Origin: a virus
Taxonomy: Duplodnaviria > Heunggongvirae > Uroviricota > Caudoviricetes
Direction: 5' to 3' (one strand)
DNA: 29,766 bases
IMG/VR virus record: IMGVR_UViG_2541047966_000011
Coordinates: 1 to 29,766 of that record
Below, piece after piece: positions 15,135 through 24,651 of the stretch. The notes under the pieces were generated by a model. It had not been told where the DNA came from and made no database searches. It saw only the letters and a list, made by a program, of their open reading frames with translations. The position numbers were made by a program, and so were the translations under genes. Numbering within the stretch: position 1 is the first letter of the stretch; every line of letters begins with the position of its first letter.

Positions 15135-15521
15135 ATGTCCGATCCGATTTCCGGTACTGGGCTGGCTGGTGGTGCCCTGACGGGTGCCAGTGTTTATGGA
15201 CTGCTGACCGGAACTGATTACGGCGTTGTATTTGGCGCATTTGCAGGGGCTGTATTCTACATAGCAACAGCAGCAGATCTGAGTGCATCGCGCCGACTGG
15301 CATATTTTATTGTGTCATATATTGCCGGGATTCTTTGCTCTGGGTTGGTTGGCTCCAAGCTGGCGAACTTGACCGGATACAGTGATAAACCTCTGGATGC
15401 TATTGGTGCCGTAATCGTCTCTGCTTTAGCCGTTAAAATCCTGACGTTCCTGAATAATCAGGATATCGGCTCGCTGGTGGCGCTCATAACGCGCCGGGGA
15501 GGTTCAGGTGGAGCTAAATGA
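15135..15521 (+). CDS. putative holin (multi-TM membrane protein)
   Basis: 128 aa with three Gly/Ala-rich hydrophobic segments and a charged C-terminal tail; AGAGGGGG upstream. Position immediately upstream of the endolysin. Confidence 0.6.
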   Translation: MSDPISGTGLAGGALTGASVYGLLTGTDYGVVFGAFAGAVFYIATAADLSASRRLAYFIVSYIAGILCSGLVGSKLANLTGYSDKPLDAIGAVIVSALAVKILTFLNNQDIGSLVALITRRGGSGGAK

Positions 15522-15789
15522 CCCGACAGCAACTATAAATGCGCTGTTATGTGCTTGTGTTGTTATTACTCTGATGTTTTATCGTCGTGGTGATTCGCGG
15601 CATCGTCCTTGGGTTTCACGTTTAGCCTGGCTGATTACTGTTACATACAGTGCTGTTCCGTTGGCCTATCTCTGTGGGATTTATCCTCATTCCTCATGGC
15701 CCATTATCGTGGCGAACACTATTTTTCTTTCCGTGCTGGTGGCCGTCAGAGGCAACGTTGCACGTCTGGTTGATCATCTGAGGCACTAA
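15508..15789 (+). CDS. second holin-like or antiholin-like membrane protein
   Basis: 93 aa with GTG start after GGGAGG and two or three hydrophobic helices. Overlaps the first holin end and abuts the endolysin start (TAATG). Confidence 0.5.
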   Translation: MELNDPTATINALLCACVVITLMFYRRGDSRHRPWVSRLAWLITVTYSAVPLAYLCGIYPHSSWPIIVANTIFLSVLVAVRGNVARLVDHLRH

Positions 15790-16403
15790 TGAACCAACAA
15801 TTATTTCAAAAGGCGGCTGGTATTAGCGCCGGGCTGGCTGCGCGCTGGTTTCCGCACATTGATGCGGCGATGAAGGAATTCGGCATTACAGCACCAGCGG
15901 ATCAGGCAATGTTTATCGCTCAGGTAGGCCATGAGTCGATGGGGTTTAGCGCCGTAGTTGAAAATTTTAACTACACACCATCTGCGCTGGTGGCGACGTT
16001 CGGAAAGAGGATCACACAGCAGCAGGCTGATGCCCTTGGCAGAACATCCGGACATGCAGCTCGTCAGGATGCTATTGCCAATCTGGTGTATAGCAACAGA
16101 CTGGGTAACAAAGCACCAGGTGATGGCTGGAAATATCGTGGTAGAGGATTAATTCAAATCACTGGCCTCCATAATTATCGCATCTGTGGCGCGGCGCTGA
16201 AGTTAGATCTGGTGACTTCACCTGAACAACTGGAACAGGAACTACAGGCTGCGCGCTCAGCTGCATGGTTCTACACCTCTAAAGGTTGCATGATCTACGG
16301 TGCCGATATTAACCGTGTTACGCGCATCATTAACGGCGGTTTGAACGGTATTGAGGATCGTAAGGTCCGATACAACAAGGCGCGGGCGGCGCTGCTGGTA
16401 TGA
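15789..16403 (+). CDS. endolysin, glycoside hydrolase family 19 (chitinase-like lysozyme)
   Basis: 204 aa; FIAQVGHESMGF and GRGLIQITGLHNY blocks are typical of GH19 phage endolysins. Sits between holin and spanin genes. Confidence 0.85.
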   Translation: MNQQLFQKAAGISAGLAARWFPHIDAAMKEFGITAPADQAMFIAQVGHESMGFSAVVENFNYTPSALVATFGKRITQQQADALGRTSGHAARQDAIANLVYSNRLGNKAPGDGWKYRGRGLIQITGLHNYRICGAALKLDLVTSPEQLEQELQAARSAAWFYTSKGCMIYGADINRVTRIINGGLNGIEDRKVRYNKARAALLV

Positions 16404-16792
16404 AGATGAGTTATTGGGCGCTCATTTTAACGTTTATTGCTTGTGTCGCTGGTGGTCTTGTCTGGTCAGCGAATCACTATCATGGAAAGTTTCTGGAGGA
16501 GCAGAAGCGTGCTGATGCTGCGGAACAGCGAGCTGATTCTACTGAGGCTATCACCGCGAATGTTCTGCGTACTATGGCAATAACGAACATCATTCAGGAG
16601 GCGAATCAACATGCAAAACAGCAGATCGCACTGGAGTCACAGAGAACCCAGGAAGATATCAAAGTGGCTGTTGCGGATGATGATTGTGCTTCACGTCCTG
16701 TGCCTGCTGCCGCTGCTGACCGGTTGCGGAAGTACGCGAACAGTTTACGTCCAGGTTCCGGTAGTTCCGTTACCAGCCAGCCTGACGGCTGA
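16400..16792 (+). CDS. Rz: i-spanin (Rz-like)
   Basis: N-terminal TM segment (YWALILTFIACVAGGLVW) followed by a charged helical region; start overlaps the endolysin stop (ATGA). Confidence 0.65.
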   Translation: MKMSYWALILTFIACVAGGLVWSANHYHGKFLEEQKRADAAEQRADSTEAITANVLRTMAITNIIQEANQHAKQQIALESQRTQEDIKVAVADDDCASRPVPAAAADRLRKYANSLRPGSGSSVTSQPDG

Positions 16793-16946
16793 AACCCCTC
16801 AGCCTGATTTACCTGATCATTTTACGTGGGGCTCGAGCTTAGATCTGAATGTCGCCTTGTTGTCTGCATTGGCGCAGTGTAATACCGATAAAGCTGACAT
16901 CAGAAGGATTGAAGTTGAGCGTGGTCACATCATGCAAAAAAAATGA
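16677..16946 (+). CDS. Rz1: o-spanin (Rz1-like lipoprotein), overlapped architecture
   Basis: Alternate frame within and beyond Rz: MMIVLHVLCLLPLLTGC has a signal peptide and lipobox (LTGC), then a Pro-rich segment (VPLPASLTAETPQPDLP). The exact start (16677 or 16680) and whether the full 89 codons are used are uncertain. Confidence 0.5.
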   Translation: MMIVLHVLCLLPLLTGCGSTRTVYVQVPVVPLPASLTAETPQPDLPDHFTWGSSLDLNVALLSALAQCNTDKADIRRIEVERGHIMQKK

Positions 16947-17038
16947 TGTTAACTTTGTTTTGTTCCTTGATTTGATATGTGATGGCCCAATAGATACAAA
17001 GCACCTGATTTTGGTGACTCTTTTAAAGGGCTTTACAC

Positions 17039-17359
17039 ATGAAAGATGGTATCTATTTTGTTGTTTTCAGAAGCAATCAACGTGATTTTGGTAATGGTAC
17101 CGTAGTTGTCAAAAACAATGCAGTAAACGGCGGAGATTTTGGTTTTACGTATCAGGGAAAAATTGACGGTAGCCAACTTATTCTGCGCGTATCGCAGCAT
17201 GATTTAAATGTCACCTCGGTTTTCCCTGGGGTAAAGAACTTTGAATTGAGTCTTTCTTTGCAGGAACGAGGACGTGATTACCTGTTAAATGGATCTGTGG
17301 TCGGAATGCCTCAGATGCAGATTTCAATTAGTGCAAAATACATTGGTGATCTGATTTAG
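17039..17359 (+). CDS. low-GC moron protein (106 aa); possibly a GrlR-like small beta-barrel regulator (tentative)
   Basis: Visibly AT-rich ORF with its own AT-rich upstream region and a strong terminator. N-terminus MKDGIYFVVFRSN...GGDFGFTYQGKI resembles what I recall of GrlR-family proteins; from memory only. Confidence 0.5.
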   Translation: MKDGIYFVVFRSNQRDFGNGTVVVKNNAVNGGDFGFTYQGKIDGSQLILRVSQHDLNVTSVFPGVKNFELSLSLQERGRDYLLNGSVVGMPQMQISISAKYIGDLI

Positions 17360-17378
17360 TTTATCGAGATGATAATTG

Positions 17379-17400
17379 AACCGCCTCCGGGCGGTTTTTT
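17379..17400 (+). terminator. rho-independent terminator after the moron
   Basis: AACCGCC-tccg-GGCGG followed by TTTTTT. Confidence 0.7.
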
Positions 17401-17451
17401 ATTGCCATTTCTATGGTCTGTTCCATCGTAATAACTTAAAGGGAAGCATTA

Positions 17452-17802
17452 ATGCCGCCACGAACCCCGAAAGCCTGCCGTGTTCGCGGCTGCCGCCATA
17501 CCACTACTGACCCTTCAGGCTACTGCGAAAGCCACAAAAGCGAAGGCTGGAAGCAATACAAACCTGGACAATCCCGTCATCAGCGCGGCTACGGTTCGAA
17601 GTGGGACAGTATCCGCGCGCGTGTTCTGAAGCGTGACAAAGGTCTGTGTCAGTTATGTCTGCGTGCTGGTGTGGTGCGTGAGGCGAAAACTGTTGACCAC
17701 ATCATCCCTAAAGCGCATGGCGGCACTGATGCTGACAGTAATCTGCAGAGTCTGTGCTGGCCGTGTCATAAGGCGAAGACGGCCCGTGAACGGTTAAAGT
17801 GA
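17452..17802 (+). CDS. HNH endonuclease (terminase-associated)
   Basis: 116 aa with CxxC...CxxC zinc-finger cysteines and an HNH core (DHIIPKAHGGTDADSNLQSLCWPCHKAK). Positioned immediately upstream of the terminase genes, as in HK97-like phages. Confidence 0.85.
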   Translation: MPPRTPKACRVRGCRHTTTDPSGYCESHKSEGWKQYKPGQSRHQRGYGSKWDSIRARVLKRDKGLCQLCLRAGVVREAKTVDHIIPKAHGGTDADSNLQSLCWPCHKAKTARERLK

Positions 17803-17927
17803 TAATAATTCTCAACTGTCTGAGGGGAGGGGCGGGTCAAATCCCTGCAGCCTGACGTCTTCCGGACTGCCCGCCCCATCGTTTTTTTATACCCGCGAAA
17901 AATGAAATTTAACCAGGAGTGCCGCAT
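17803..17927 (+). other. candidate cos/packaging recognition region
   Basis: Intergenic gap between HNH and terminase small subunit containing the G-rich inverted repeat GGGGCGGG...CCCGCCCC and a T7 run. Location matches cos in HK97-like phages; end sequences are unknown. Confidence 0.3.
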
Positions 17928-18422
17928 ATGGCTGGAACGGCGGGGCGTTCCGGGCGTCGCCCCAAGCCAACAGCGCGCAAGGCGCTGGCCGGAAACCCCG
18001 GCAAGCGAGCCCTGAACAAAGATGAACCTGTTTTTACGCCCATCAAAGGTGTTGAGCCACCGGAGTGGTTCGCTGAAGAAGATCTCCCTCTCGCCACGAT
18101 CATGTGGCAACTGACAACCAAAGAACTCTGCGGTCAGGGCCTGCTGTGCGTGACTGACCTCGCGGTACTTGAGCGGTGGTGCGTGGCCTATGAGTTCTGG
18201 CGACGTGCCGTGAAAAATATTGCCAGACAGGGCAACACCATCACCGGTGCAATGGGCGGCAGGGTCAAAAATCCGGAGCTGACCGCCAAAAAAGAACAGG
18301 AGTCCGAGATGAGCAGCACGGGGGCAATGCTCGGACTCGACCCCAGCAGCCGCCAGCGTCTGATTGGCCTGGCGGGGCAGAAGAAAGCCACTAACCCGTT
18401 TCTGAAAATCATCGAGTCATGA
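17928..18422 (+). CDS. terminase small subunit (P27-family-like)
   Basis: ATG at 17928 with GGAG 8 nt upstream; the ORF-track start at 17919 is GTG. Basic N-terminus (GRSGRRPKP) and immediately upstream of the large subunit. Confidence 0.75.
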   Translation: MAGTAGRSGRRPKPTARKALAGNPGKRALNKDEPVFTPIKGVEPPEWFAEEDLPLATIMWQLTTKELCGQGLLCVTDLAVLERWCVAYEFWRRAVKNIARQGNTITGAMGGRVKNPELTAKKEQESEMSSTGAMLGLDPSSRQRLIGLAGQKKATNPFLKIIES

Positions 18423-20152
18423 GCCGGAAATCTTACCCCAACGTAAATGCAGCCAATCAGTATGCCCGTGATGTCGTGCGCGGAAAGATTGTGGCCTGCC
18501 AGTTTGTGATTCAGGCCTGCCAGCGCCATCTTGATGACCTGATGGCGGAAAAAAGTAAGTCGTTTCGTTACCGCTTCGACAAGGACCTGGCTGAACGGGC
18601 CGCGAAATTTATTCAGCTGTTGCCACACACCAAGGGGGAGTGGGCATTCAAACGGATGCCCATCACGCTGGAGCCGTGGCAGCTCTTTGTGATCTGCTGC
18701 GCGTTTGGCTGGGTCAATAAAGGCTCCCGGCTGCGCCGCTTCCGGGAGGTGTATACCGAAATCCCCCGTAAGAACGGCAAATCGGCAATCTCTGCCGGTG
18801 TTGCCCTGTATTGTTTTGCCTGTGATAACGAGTTCGGCGCGGAAGTGTATTCCGGTGCCACGACAGAGAAACAGGCATGGGAAGTCTTTCGCCCGGCGCG
18901 ACTGATGTGTAAACGCACACCCATGCTGACGGAAGCGTTCGGGATTGAGGTTAACGCCTCAAACATGAACCGTCCGGAGGATGGTGCGCGGTTTGAACCG
19001 CTGATCGGTAACCCCGGTGATGGTTCATCACCCCACTGTGCCGTGGTGGATGAATATCACGAGCACGCCACAGATGCGCTTTACACCACGATGCTTACCG
19101 GGATGGGGGCGCGACGTCAGCCACTGATGTGGGCTATCACCACTGCCGGGTACAACATTGAGGGACCGTGCTACGACAAGCGGCGGGAAGTCATCGAGAT
19201 GCTCAACGGCTCGGTGCCTAACGATGAACTGTTCGGGATCATCTATACCGTTGATGAAGGTGACGACTGGACCGACCCGCAGGTGCTGGAAAAAGCCAAT
19301 CCAAATATTGGCGTGTCGGTTTATCGCGAATTTTTGTTAAGTCAGCAGCAGCGTGCGAAAAATAACGCCCGTCTGGCAAACGTCTTTAAAACAAAACACC
19401 TCAATATCTGGGTGTCGGCGCGTTCGGCGTATTTCAACCTGGTGAGCTGGCAGAGCTGCGAGGATAAATCACTGACCCTTGAGCAGTTCGAGGGGCAGCC
19501 GTGCATTCTGGCCTTTGACCTGGCGCGTAAGCTGGATATGAACAGCATGGCGCGACTTTATACCCGCGAGATTGACGGTAAAACGCATTACTACAGTGTA
19601 GCCCCGCGTTTCTGGGTACCGTATGACACGGTGTACAGCGTCGAGAAAAATGAAGATCGACGGACAGCCGAACGCTTTCAGAAATGGGTGGAAATGGGCG
19701 TTCTGACCGTTACCGATGGTGCGGAGGTGGATTATCGCTACATCCTCGAGGAGGCCAAAGCGGCGAACAAAATCAGCCCGGTCAGTGAGTCACCCATCGA
19801 CCCCTTCGGGGCGACCGGGCTGTCGCATGACCTTGCTGATGAAGACCTGAACCCCATCACCATCATTCAGAACTACACCAACATGTCCGATCCGATGAAA
19901 GAGCTGGAAGCGGCGATTGAATCGGGGCGCTTTCATCATGACGGCAATCCCATCATGACCTGGTGTATCGGCAACGTGGTCGGCAAAACCATTCCGGGTA
20001 ACGATGATGTGGTGAAGCCTGTCAAGGAGCAGGCGGAAAACAAAATTGATGGTGCGGTTGCACTGATTATGGCGATCGGTCGGGCAATGCTTAAAGAACC
20101 CGACGATTTCCTCTCATCTCTTAATCCGGACGATGATCTCTTAATTCTATGA
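18419..20152 (+). CDS. terminase large subunit
   Basis: 577 aa; size, position, N-terminal ATPase-like region and C-terminal nuclease-like acidic residues are consistent with TerL. Start overlaps the TerS stop (ATGA). Confidence 0.9.
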   Translation: MSRKSYPNVNAANQYARDVVRGKIVACQFVIQACQRHLDDLMAEKSKSFRYRFDKDLAERAAKFIQLLPHTKGEWAFKRMPITLEPWQLFVICCAFGWVNKGSRLRRFREVYTEIPRKNGKSAISAGVALYCFACDNEFGAEVYSGATTEKQAWEVFRPARLMCKRTPMLTEAFGIEVNASNMNRPEDGARFEPLIGNPGDGSSPHCAVVDEYHEHATDALYTTMLTGMGARRQPLMWAITTAGYNIEGPCYDKRREVIEMLNGSVPNDELFGIIYTVDEGDDWTDPQVLEKANPNIGVSVYREFLLSQQQRAKNNARLANVFKTKHLNIWVSARSAYFNLVSWQSCEDKSLTLEQFEGQPCILAFDLARKLDMNSMARLYTREIDGKTHYYSVAPRFWVPYDTVYSVEKNEDRRTAERFQKWVEMGVLTVTDGAEVDYRYILEEAKAANKISPVSESPIDPFGATGLSHDLADEDLNPITIIQNYTNMSDPMKELEAAIESGRFHHDGNPIMTWCIGNVVGKTIPGNDDVVKPVKEQAENKIDGAVALIMAIGRAMLKEPDDFLSSLNPDDDLLIL

Positions 20153-20310
20153 AATCACTAATTGCTGATGTTATCGGGCTGGCTGGTTTTGGCCTGCTTA
20201 CGTGCGGGTTTTACCTGCAGTTTGGTATGGCTCCGGCTCTGATGCTGTCCGGCGGTTTACTGCTGGTGGGCGCACTGGCTATGGCCAGAAGGGGGACGCG
20301 TGCTGCTTGA
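20149..20310 (+). CDS. small hydrophobic membrane protein (53 aa)
   Basis: Not in the ORF track. ATG overlaps the TerL stop (ATGA); translation [53 protein letters not shown] predicts two TM helices. Confidence 0.45.
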   Translation: MKSLIADVIGLAGFGLLTCGFYLQFGMAPALMLSGGLLLVGALAMARRGTRAA

Positions 20311-21526
20311 TGCTCTGTTCAGAAGTAAATCACTGGAGAATCCTTCCACCCCGATAACCGGGGATGCCGTTGATACTGATGGGCTGTTCCGGGCAGACGT
20401 TTATGTCAGTCCTGAAACTGCGATGAAACTGGCTGCGGTGTATTCCTGTATCTATGTCCTGTCTTCCAGCCTTGCCCAGATGCCGTTGCATGTTATGCGC
20501 AGGCACAATGGGAAGGTTGAGCCCGCACGCGATCATCCGGCGTTTTATCTGGTTCATGATGAGCCCAATACCTGGCAAACCAGTTACAAATGGCGCGAAC
20601 TGAAGCAACGTCACATCCTTGGCTGGGGGAATGGGTATACCTGGGTGAAACGTAATCGTCGCGGTGAAGTCATATCCCTGGATTGCTGTATGCCGTGGGA
20701 AACGACGCTGATGAATACTGGTGGCCGATATACCTATGGTTTGTATAACGAATATGGGGCGTTTGCGATCAGCCCCGACGATATGATCCACATCCGTGCG
20801 CTGGGTAATAATCAGAAGATGGGGCTGAGTCCGATTATGCAACATGCCGAAACAATAGGCATGGGGATGAGCGGTCAGAAATACACAGAAAGCTTCTTCA
20901 GCGGTAATGCCCGTCCGGCGGGGATAGTATCCGTTAAAAGCGGACTCAATAAGGACAGCTGGGGCTGGCTTAAAGATCAGTGGCAGAAGGCATCGCAGGC
21001 GTTACGCAGCCAGGAAAACAAAACCATGCTGCTGCCAGCCGATCTGGATTACAAGGCACTGACTGTGTCGCCAGTTGACGCTCAAATCATTGACATGATG
21101 AAACTGAACCGTTCAATGATTGCCGGTATTTTCAATATTCCGGCGCACATGATTAATGACCTCGAAAAAGCCACCTTCTCCAATATTTCTGCGCAGGCGA
21201 TTCAGTTTGTCCGCTACACGATGATGCCGTGGGTGACGAACTGGGAGCAGGAGCTTAACCGTCGCTTGTTTACCCGCGCTGAGTTAGCCGCCGGGTATTA
21301 CGTCAGGTTCAATCTGACGGGGCTTTTACGCGGAACTCCGCAGGAGCGCGCGCAATTCTACCACTTCGCTATTACCGATGGATGGATGAGCCGTAATGAG
21401 GCCCGCGCATTCGAGGATATGAATCCGGTTGAAGGGCTGGATGAGATGCTGGTAAGCGTGAACGCTGCTAACCCGGCAGGAGATTTTAAGCCCCCAAAAA
21501 ACGATGAGGGAAAAACCAATGAATGA
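20300..21526 (+). CDS. portal protein (HK97 family)
   Basis: 408 aa directly downstream of the terminase, with the size and position of HK97-type portals. GTG start. Confidence 0.85.
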   Translation: MLLDALFRSKSLENPSTPITGDAVDTDGLFRADVYVSPETAMKLAAVYSCIYVLSSSLAQMPLHVMRRHNGKVEPARDHPAFYLVHDEPNTWQTSYKWRELKQRHILGWGNGYTWVKRNRRGEVISLDCCMPWETTLMNTGGRYTYGLYNEYGAFAISPDDMIHIRALGNNQKMGLSPIMQHAETIGMGMSGQKYTESFFSGNARPAGIVSVKSGLNKDSWGWLKDQWQKASQALRSQENKTMLLPADLDYKALTVSPVDAQIIDMMKLNRSMIAGIFNIPAHMINDLEKATFSNISAQAIQFVRYTMMPWVTNWEQELNRRLFTRAELAAGYYVRFNLTGLLRGTPQERAQFYHFAITDGWMSRNEARAFEDMNPVEGLDEMLVSVNAANPAGDFKPPKNDEGKTNE

Positions 21527-22121
21527 CCGTGAAATCCGTTGTTACAGCGGTGAGGTGCGTGCTGAGAGGCATGACGATAACCCGGCGCACATTATCGGTT
21601 ATGGAGCGGTGTTTGACTGTCGTTCTGAGCTGATATTCGGTTCATTCCGCGAAATCATCCGGCCAGGCGCTTTTGACGATGTGCTTGGTGATGATGTACG
21701 CGCACTGTTTAACCACGATCCTAATTTTATTCTTGGGCGTAGTGCAGCAGGCACGCTGAATCTTTCAGTTGATGAGCGCGGATTACGCTATGACATCCAG
21801 GCTCCGGAGACACAGACCATTCGTGATCTGGTGCTGGCCCCGATGCAACGTGGAGATATTAACCAGTCATCTTTCGCTTTCCGTGTCGCCCGTGACGGTG
21901 AGGAGTGGTATCAGGATGAGGATGGGGTTGTTATTCGCGAGATAACCCGCTTTTCCCGTCTGCTGGATGTCAGTCCTGTGACATATCCTGCCTATCAGGA
22001 GGCTGATTCGGCTGTTCGCTCCATGAAAGCATGGCAGGAGGCGCGCAACAGTGGCGCGCTCCAGAAAGCCATTAATCAACGTATGGCGCGTGAACGCGTC
22101 CTGACCCTTCTTAACGCGTAA
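21519..22121 (+). CDS. prohead maturation protease (HK97 family)
   Basis: ATG at 21519 (MNDREIR...) overlapping the portal stop. About 200 aa between portal and major capsid genes. Confidence 0.8.
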   Translation: MNDREIRCYSGEVRAERHDDNPAHIIGYGAVFDCRSELIFGSFREIIRPGAFDDVLGDDVRALFNHDPNFILGRSAAGTLNLSVDERGLRYDIQAPETQTIRDLVLAPMQRGDINQSSFAFRVARDGEEWYQDEDGVVIREITRFSRLLDVSPVTYPAYQEADSAVRSMKAWQEARNSGALQKAINQRMARERVLTLLNA

Positions 22122-22131
22122 AGGAAACATC

Positions 22132-23361
22132 ATGAAACTGCATGAACTGAAACAGAAACGTAATACTATCGCAACTGACATGCGCGCCCTGAATGAAAAA
22201 ATTGGTGATAACGCATGGACGGAAGAGCAGCGCACTGAGTGGAACAAAGCAAAATCCGAACTGGAAGCGCTTGATGAACGAATTGCACGCGAAGAAGAAC
22301 TGCGTCGTCAGGATCAGGCGTACATTGAAAGCAATGAGGAAGAGCAGCGTCAGAATCTTGATCCGGAAAACAATCCGCAACAGGATGAGAAACGAGCTCA
22401 GGTTTTTGATAAGTGGATGCGTCACGGTGCCAGTGAGCTGACATCAGAAGAACGAAAGGCGTTGCGTGAACTTCGTGCCCAGGGTGTAGCTCAGGATGAA
22501 AAGGGCGGATATACCGTACCAGAAACATTCCTGGCGAAAGTTGTTGAGAAGATGAAATCCTACGGTGGCATCGCCAGTGTGGCGCAGATTCTGACCACTT
22601 CTGACGGTCGCACTATGGAGTGGGCAACAGCTGATGGTACTTCCGAAGTTGGTGTTCTGCTGGGCGAAAATGAAGAAGCCGGTGAAGAAGACACCGATTT
22701 CGGTATGGGAAGCCTTGGGGCGCTCAAAATGACATCGAAAATAATTCGTGTGTCTAATGAGTTGCTGCAGGACAGTGCGATCGATATGGAAGCTTATCTT
22801 GCCCGTCGCATTGCTGAACGTATTGGTCGTGGTGAAGCCCGTTATCTGATTCAGGGGACGGGGGCTGGTACGCCTAAACAACCCAAAGGGCTGGCAGCAT
22901 CAGTGACCGGCACAACACAGACTGCCGCGGCAAATGCGGTGAAGTGGCAGGAAATTCTGGCTCTGAAACACAGCATTGATCCTGCATATCGTCGCGGACC
23001 GAAATTCCGCCTGGCGTTTAACGATAATACGCTGAAACTGATCAGTGAGATGGAAGACGGTCAGGGACGCCCTTTATGGTTGCCGGATATTGTTGGTGTG
23101 GCACCTGCTTCAGTGTTGAATGTACCGTATGTCATTGATCAGGAAATTGATGATATCGGGGTGGGTAAAAAATTCATGTTCTGTGGTGACTTTGATCGCT
23201 TCATTATCCGTCGTGTGCGATACATGATTCTTAAACGTCTGGTTGAGCGTTACGCGGAATATGATCAGACCGGTTTTCTGGCCTTCCATCGTTTTGACTG
23301 TATCCTGGAAGACACCTCTGCCATTAAAGCGCTGGAGGGGAAAGGTAGCGTTGGTGGTTGA
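22132..23361 (+). CDS. major capsid protein (HK97 fold) with N-terminal delta/scaffold domain
   Basis: 409 aa; the first ~100 residues are a charged coiled-coil (delta domain) and the rest is an HK97-like capsid body. AAGGAAAC upstream. Confidence 0.9.
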   Translation: MKLHELKQKRNTIATDMRALNEKIGDNAWTEEQRTEWNKAKSELEALDERIAREEELRRQDQAYIESNEEEQRQNLDPENNPQQDEKRAQVFDKWMRHGASELTSEERKALRELRAQGVAQDEKGGYTVPETFLAKVVEKMKSYGGIASVAQILTTSDGRTMEWATADGTSEVGVLLGENEEAGEEDTDFGMGSLGALKMTSKIIRVSNELLQDSAIDMEAYLARRIAERIGRGEARYLIQGTGAGTPKQPKGLAASVTGTTQTAAANAVKWQEILALKHSIDPAYRRGPKFRLAFNDNTLKLISEMEDGQGRPLWLPDIVGVAPASVLNVPYVIDQEIDDIGVGKKFMFCGDFDRFIIRRVRYMILKRLVERYAEYDQTGFLAFHRFDCILEDTSAIKALEGKGSVGG

Positions 23362-23385
23362 TTAGTCTTTTTACGTAATACAGAA

Positions 23386-23407
23386 CGCCGCGTAATGCGG
23401 TTTTTTT
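23386..23407 (+). terminator. intrinsic terminator after the capsid gene (likely partial)
   Basis: CCGC-gtaat-GCGG followed by TTTTTTT, 27 nt past the capsid stop. A second 8-bp hairpin GTGCCCGC-gttctg-GCGGGCAC follows at 23408-23429, just before the next RBS. Confidence 0.5.
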
Positions 23408-23439
23408 GTGCCCGCGTTCTGGCGGGCACAGGAGGTTTT

Positions 23440-23763
23440 ATGCTGTTAAAAATGGAAGAGATTAAGCTTCAGCTTCGTCTGGATGATGATTTCTCTGATG
23501 AAGATGAGTTGCTTGAACTGCTTGGGAAGGCCGCTCAGAGTCGGACGGAAAACTTCCTTAACCGTACGTTGTATGCAACCGCAGATGACAGGCCTGCGGA
23601 TGATTCTGATGGGCTTGTGATATCTGATGATGTGAAGCTTGCGCTCCTGCTACTTGTCAGCCATTTCTACGAAAACCGCTCAACGGTTACAGACGTTGAG
23701 AAAATGGAGTTGCCAATGAGTTTTAACTGGTTGGTTGCTCCTTATCGCCTTATACCACTATGA
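23440..23763 (+). CDS. head-tail connector (gp6-like adaptor)
   Basis: ATG at 23440 (MLLKMEEIKLQLRLDDDFSDEDELL...) with GGAGG upstream. The ORF-track start at 23395 would overlap the terminator. Confidence 0.6.
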   Translation: MLLKMEEIKLQLRLDDDFSDEDELLELLGKAAQSRTENFLNRTLYATADDRPADDSDGLVISDDVKLALLLLVSHFYENRSTVTDVEKMELPMSFNWLVAPYRLIPL

Positions 23764-24170
23764 AAATTCGTCAGGCGCAGACCAGCGCAACCTACATTCT
23801 GCCGGACCCCGGCGAACTGAATAAACGCGTCCTGATCCGCCAGCGGGTGGATATGCCCGCGGATAACTTTGGCGTGGAGCCTCAATACCCGGTTGCGTTC
23901 CGGGCATGGGCGAAGGTTATCCAGACCAGTGCCACCACCTGGCAGGAAACCGCGCAGACCGGAGATGCCATCACCCATTACATCACCATTCGCTACCGCC
24001 GGGGGATCACTGCTGATTATGAGGTGGTCTGTGATGACAGTGTGTACCGGGTGAAACGTCAGCGCGATCTGAACGGGGCGCGGCGCTTTCTGCTGCTGGA
24101 GTGTACGGAACTGGGCGAATTTACGCAGAGTCACGGAGGCAGCAATGGCGACTCCCTTTTTTCACGTTGA
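23760..24170 (+). CDS. head closure / head-tail joining protein
   Basis: 136 aa in the conserved position after the gp6-like gene; start overlaps the previous stop (ATGA). Confidence 0.5.
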   Translation: MKIRQAQTSATYILPDPGELNKRVLIRQRVDMPADNFGVEPQYPVAFRAWAKVIQTSATTWQETAQTGDAITHYITIRYRRGITADYEVVCDDSVYRVKRQRDLNGARRFLLLECTELGEFTQSHGGSNGDSLFSR

Positions 24171-24651
24171 TGTTCAGCAGCCCGCGGAGATGCGCTTTAA
24201 CCGCGCCCGTGTCCGGCGGGCGTTTGTCACGATTGGGCAGCGTCATATGCGTGATGCCCGTCGGCTGGTGATGCGCCGTGCGCGGTCGGCACCGGGTGAA
24301 AACCCCGGTTATCAGACCGGACGCCTGGCTCGTTCGATTGGTTACATGGTGCCGAGAGCCAGTAAAAAGCGAGCCGGTTTTATGACACGCATTGCCCCTA
24401 ACCAGCGCAACGGGAAGGGGAACCGGATGATCTCTGGTGACTTCTATCCGGCGTTTCTGTTTTTTGGTGTCCGGGGAGGAGCAAAACGTCGTCGTAGTCA
24501 TCATCGTGGTGCATCCGGTGGCAGCGGCTGGCGGCTGGCTCCACGTAATAACTTTATGGTGGAAACTCTTGAAAAGAACCGCAGCTGGACACGCTATTTT
24601 CTGGCGCGGGAATTGCGTAAATCACTGAAGCCGGAGCGACGACACAGATGA
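24145..24651 (+). CDS. HK97 gp10-like tail/neck component
   Basis: 168 aa, basic; GGAGG 5 nt upstream of the ATG. Overlaps the previous gene by 26 nt. Family from memory. Confidence 0.5.
   Translation: MATPFFHVDVQQPAEMRFNRARVRRAFVTIGQRHMRDARRLVMRRARSAPGENPGYQTGRLARSIGYMVPRASKKRAGFMTRIAPNQRNGKGNRMISGDFYPAFLFFGVRGGAKRRRSHHRGASGGSGWRLAPRNNFMVETLEKNRSWTRYFLARELRKSLKPERRHR

Noticed and set aside
20330-20845. 171-aa minus-strand ORF inside the portal gene
   Set aside because: Antisense shadow ORF within a well-supported portal gene.
22166-22881. Two minus-strand ORFs (120 and 145 aa) inside the major capsid gene
   Set aside because: Antisense to the capsid gene; no RBS and no features.
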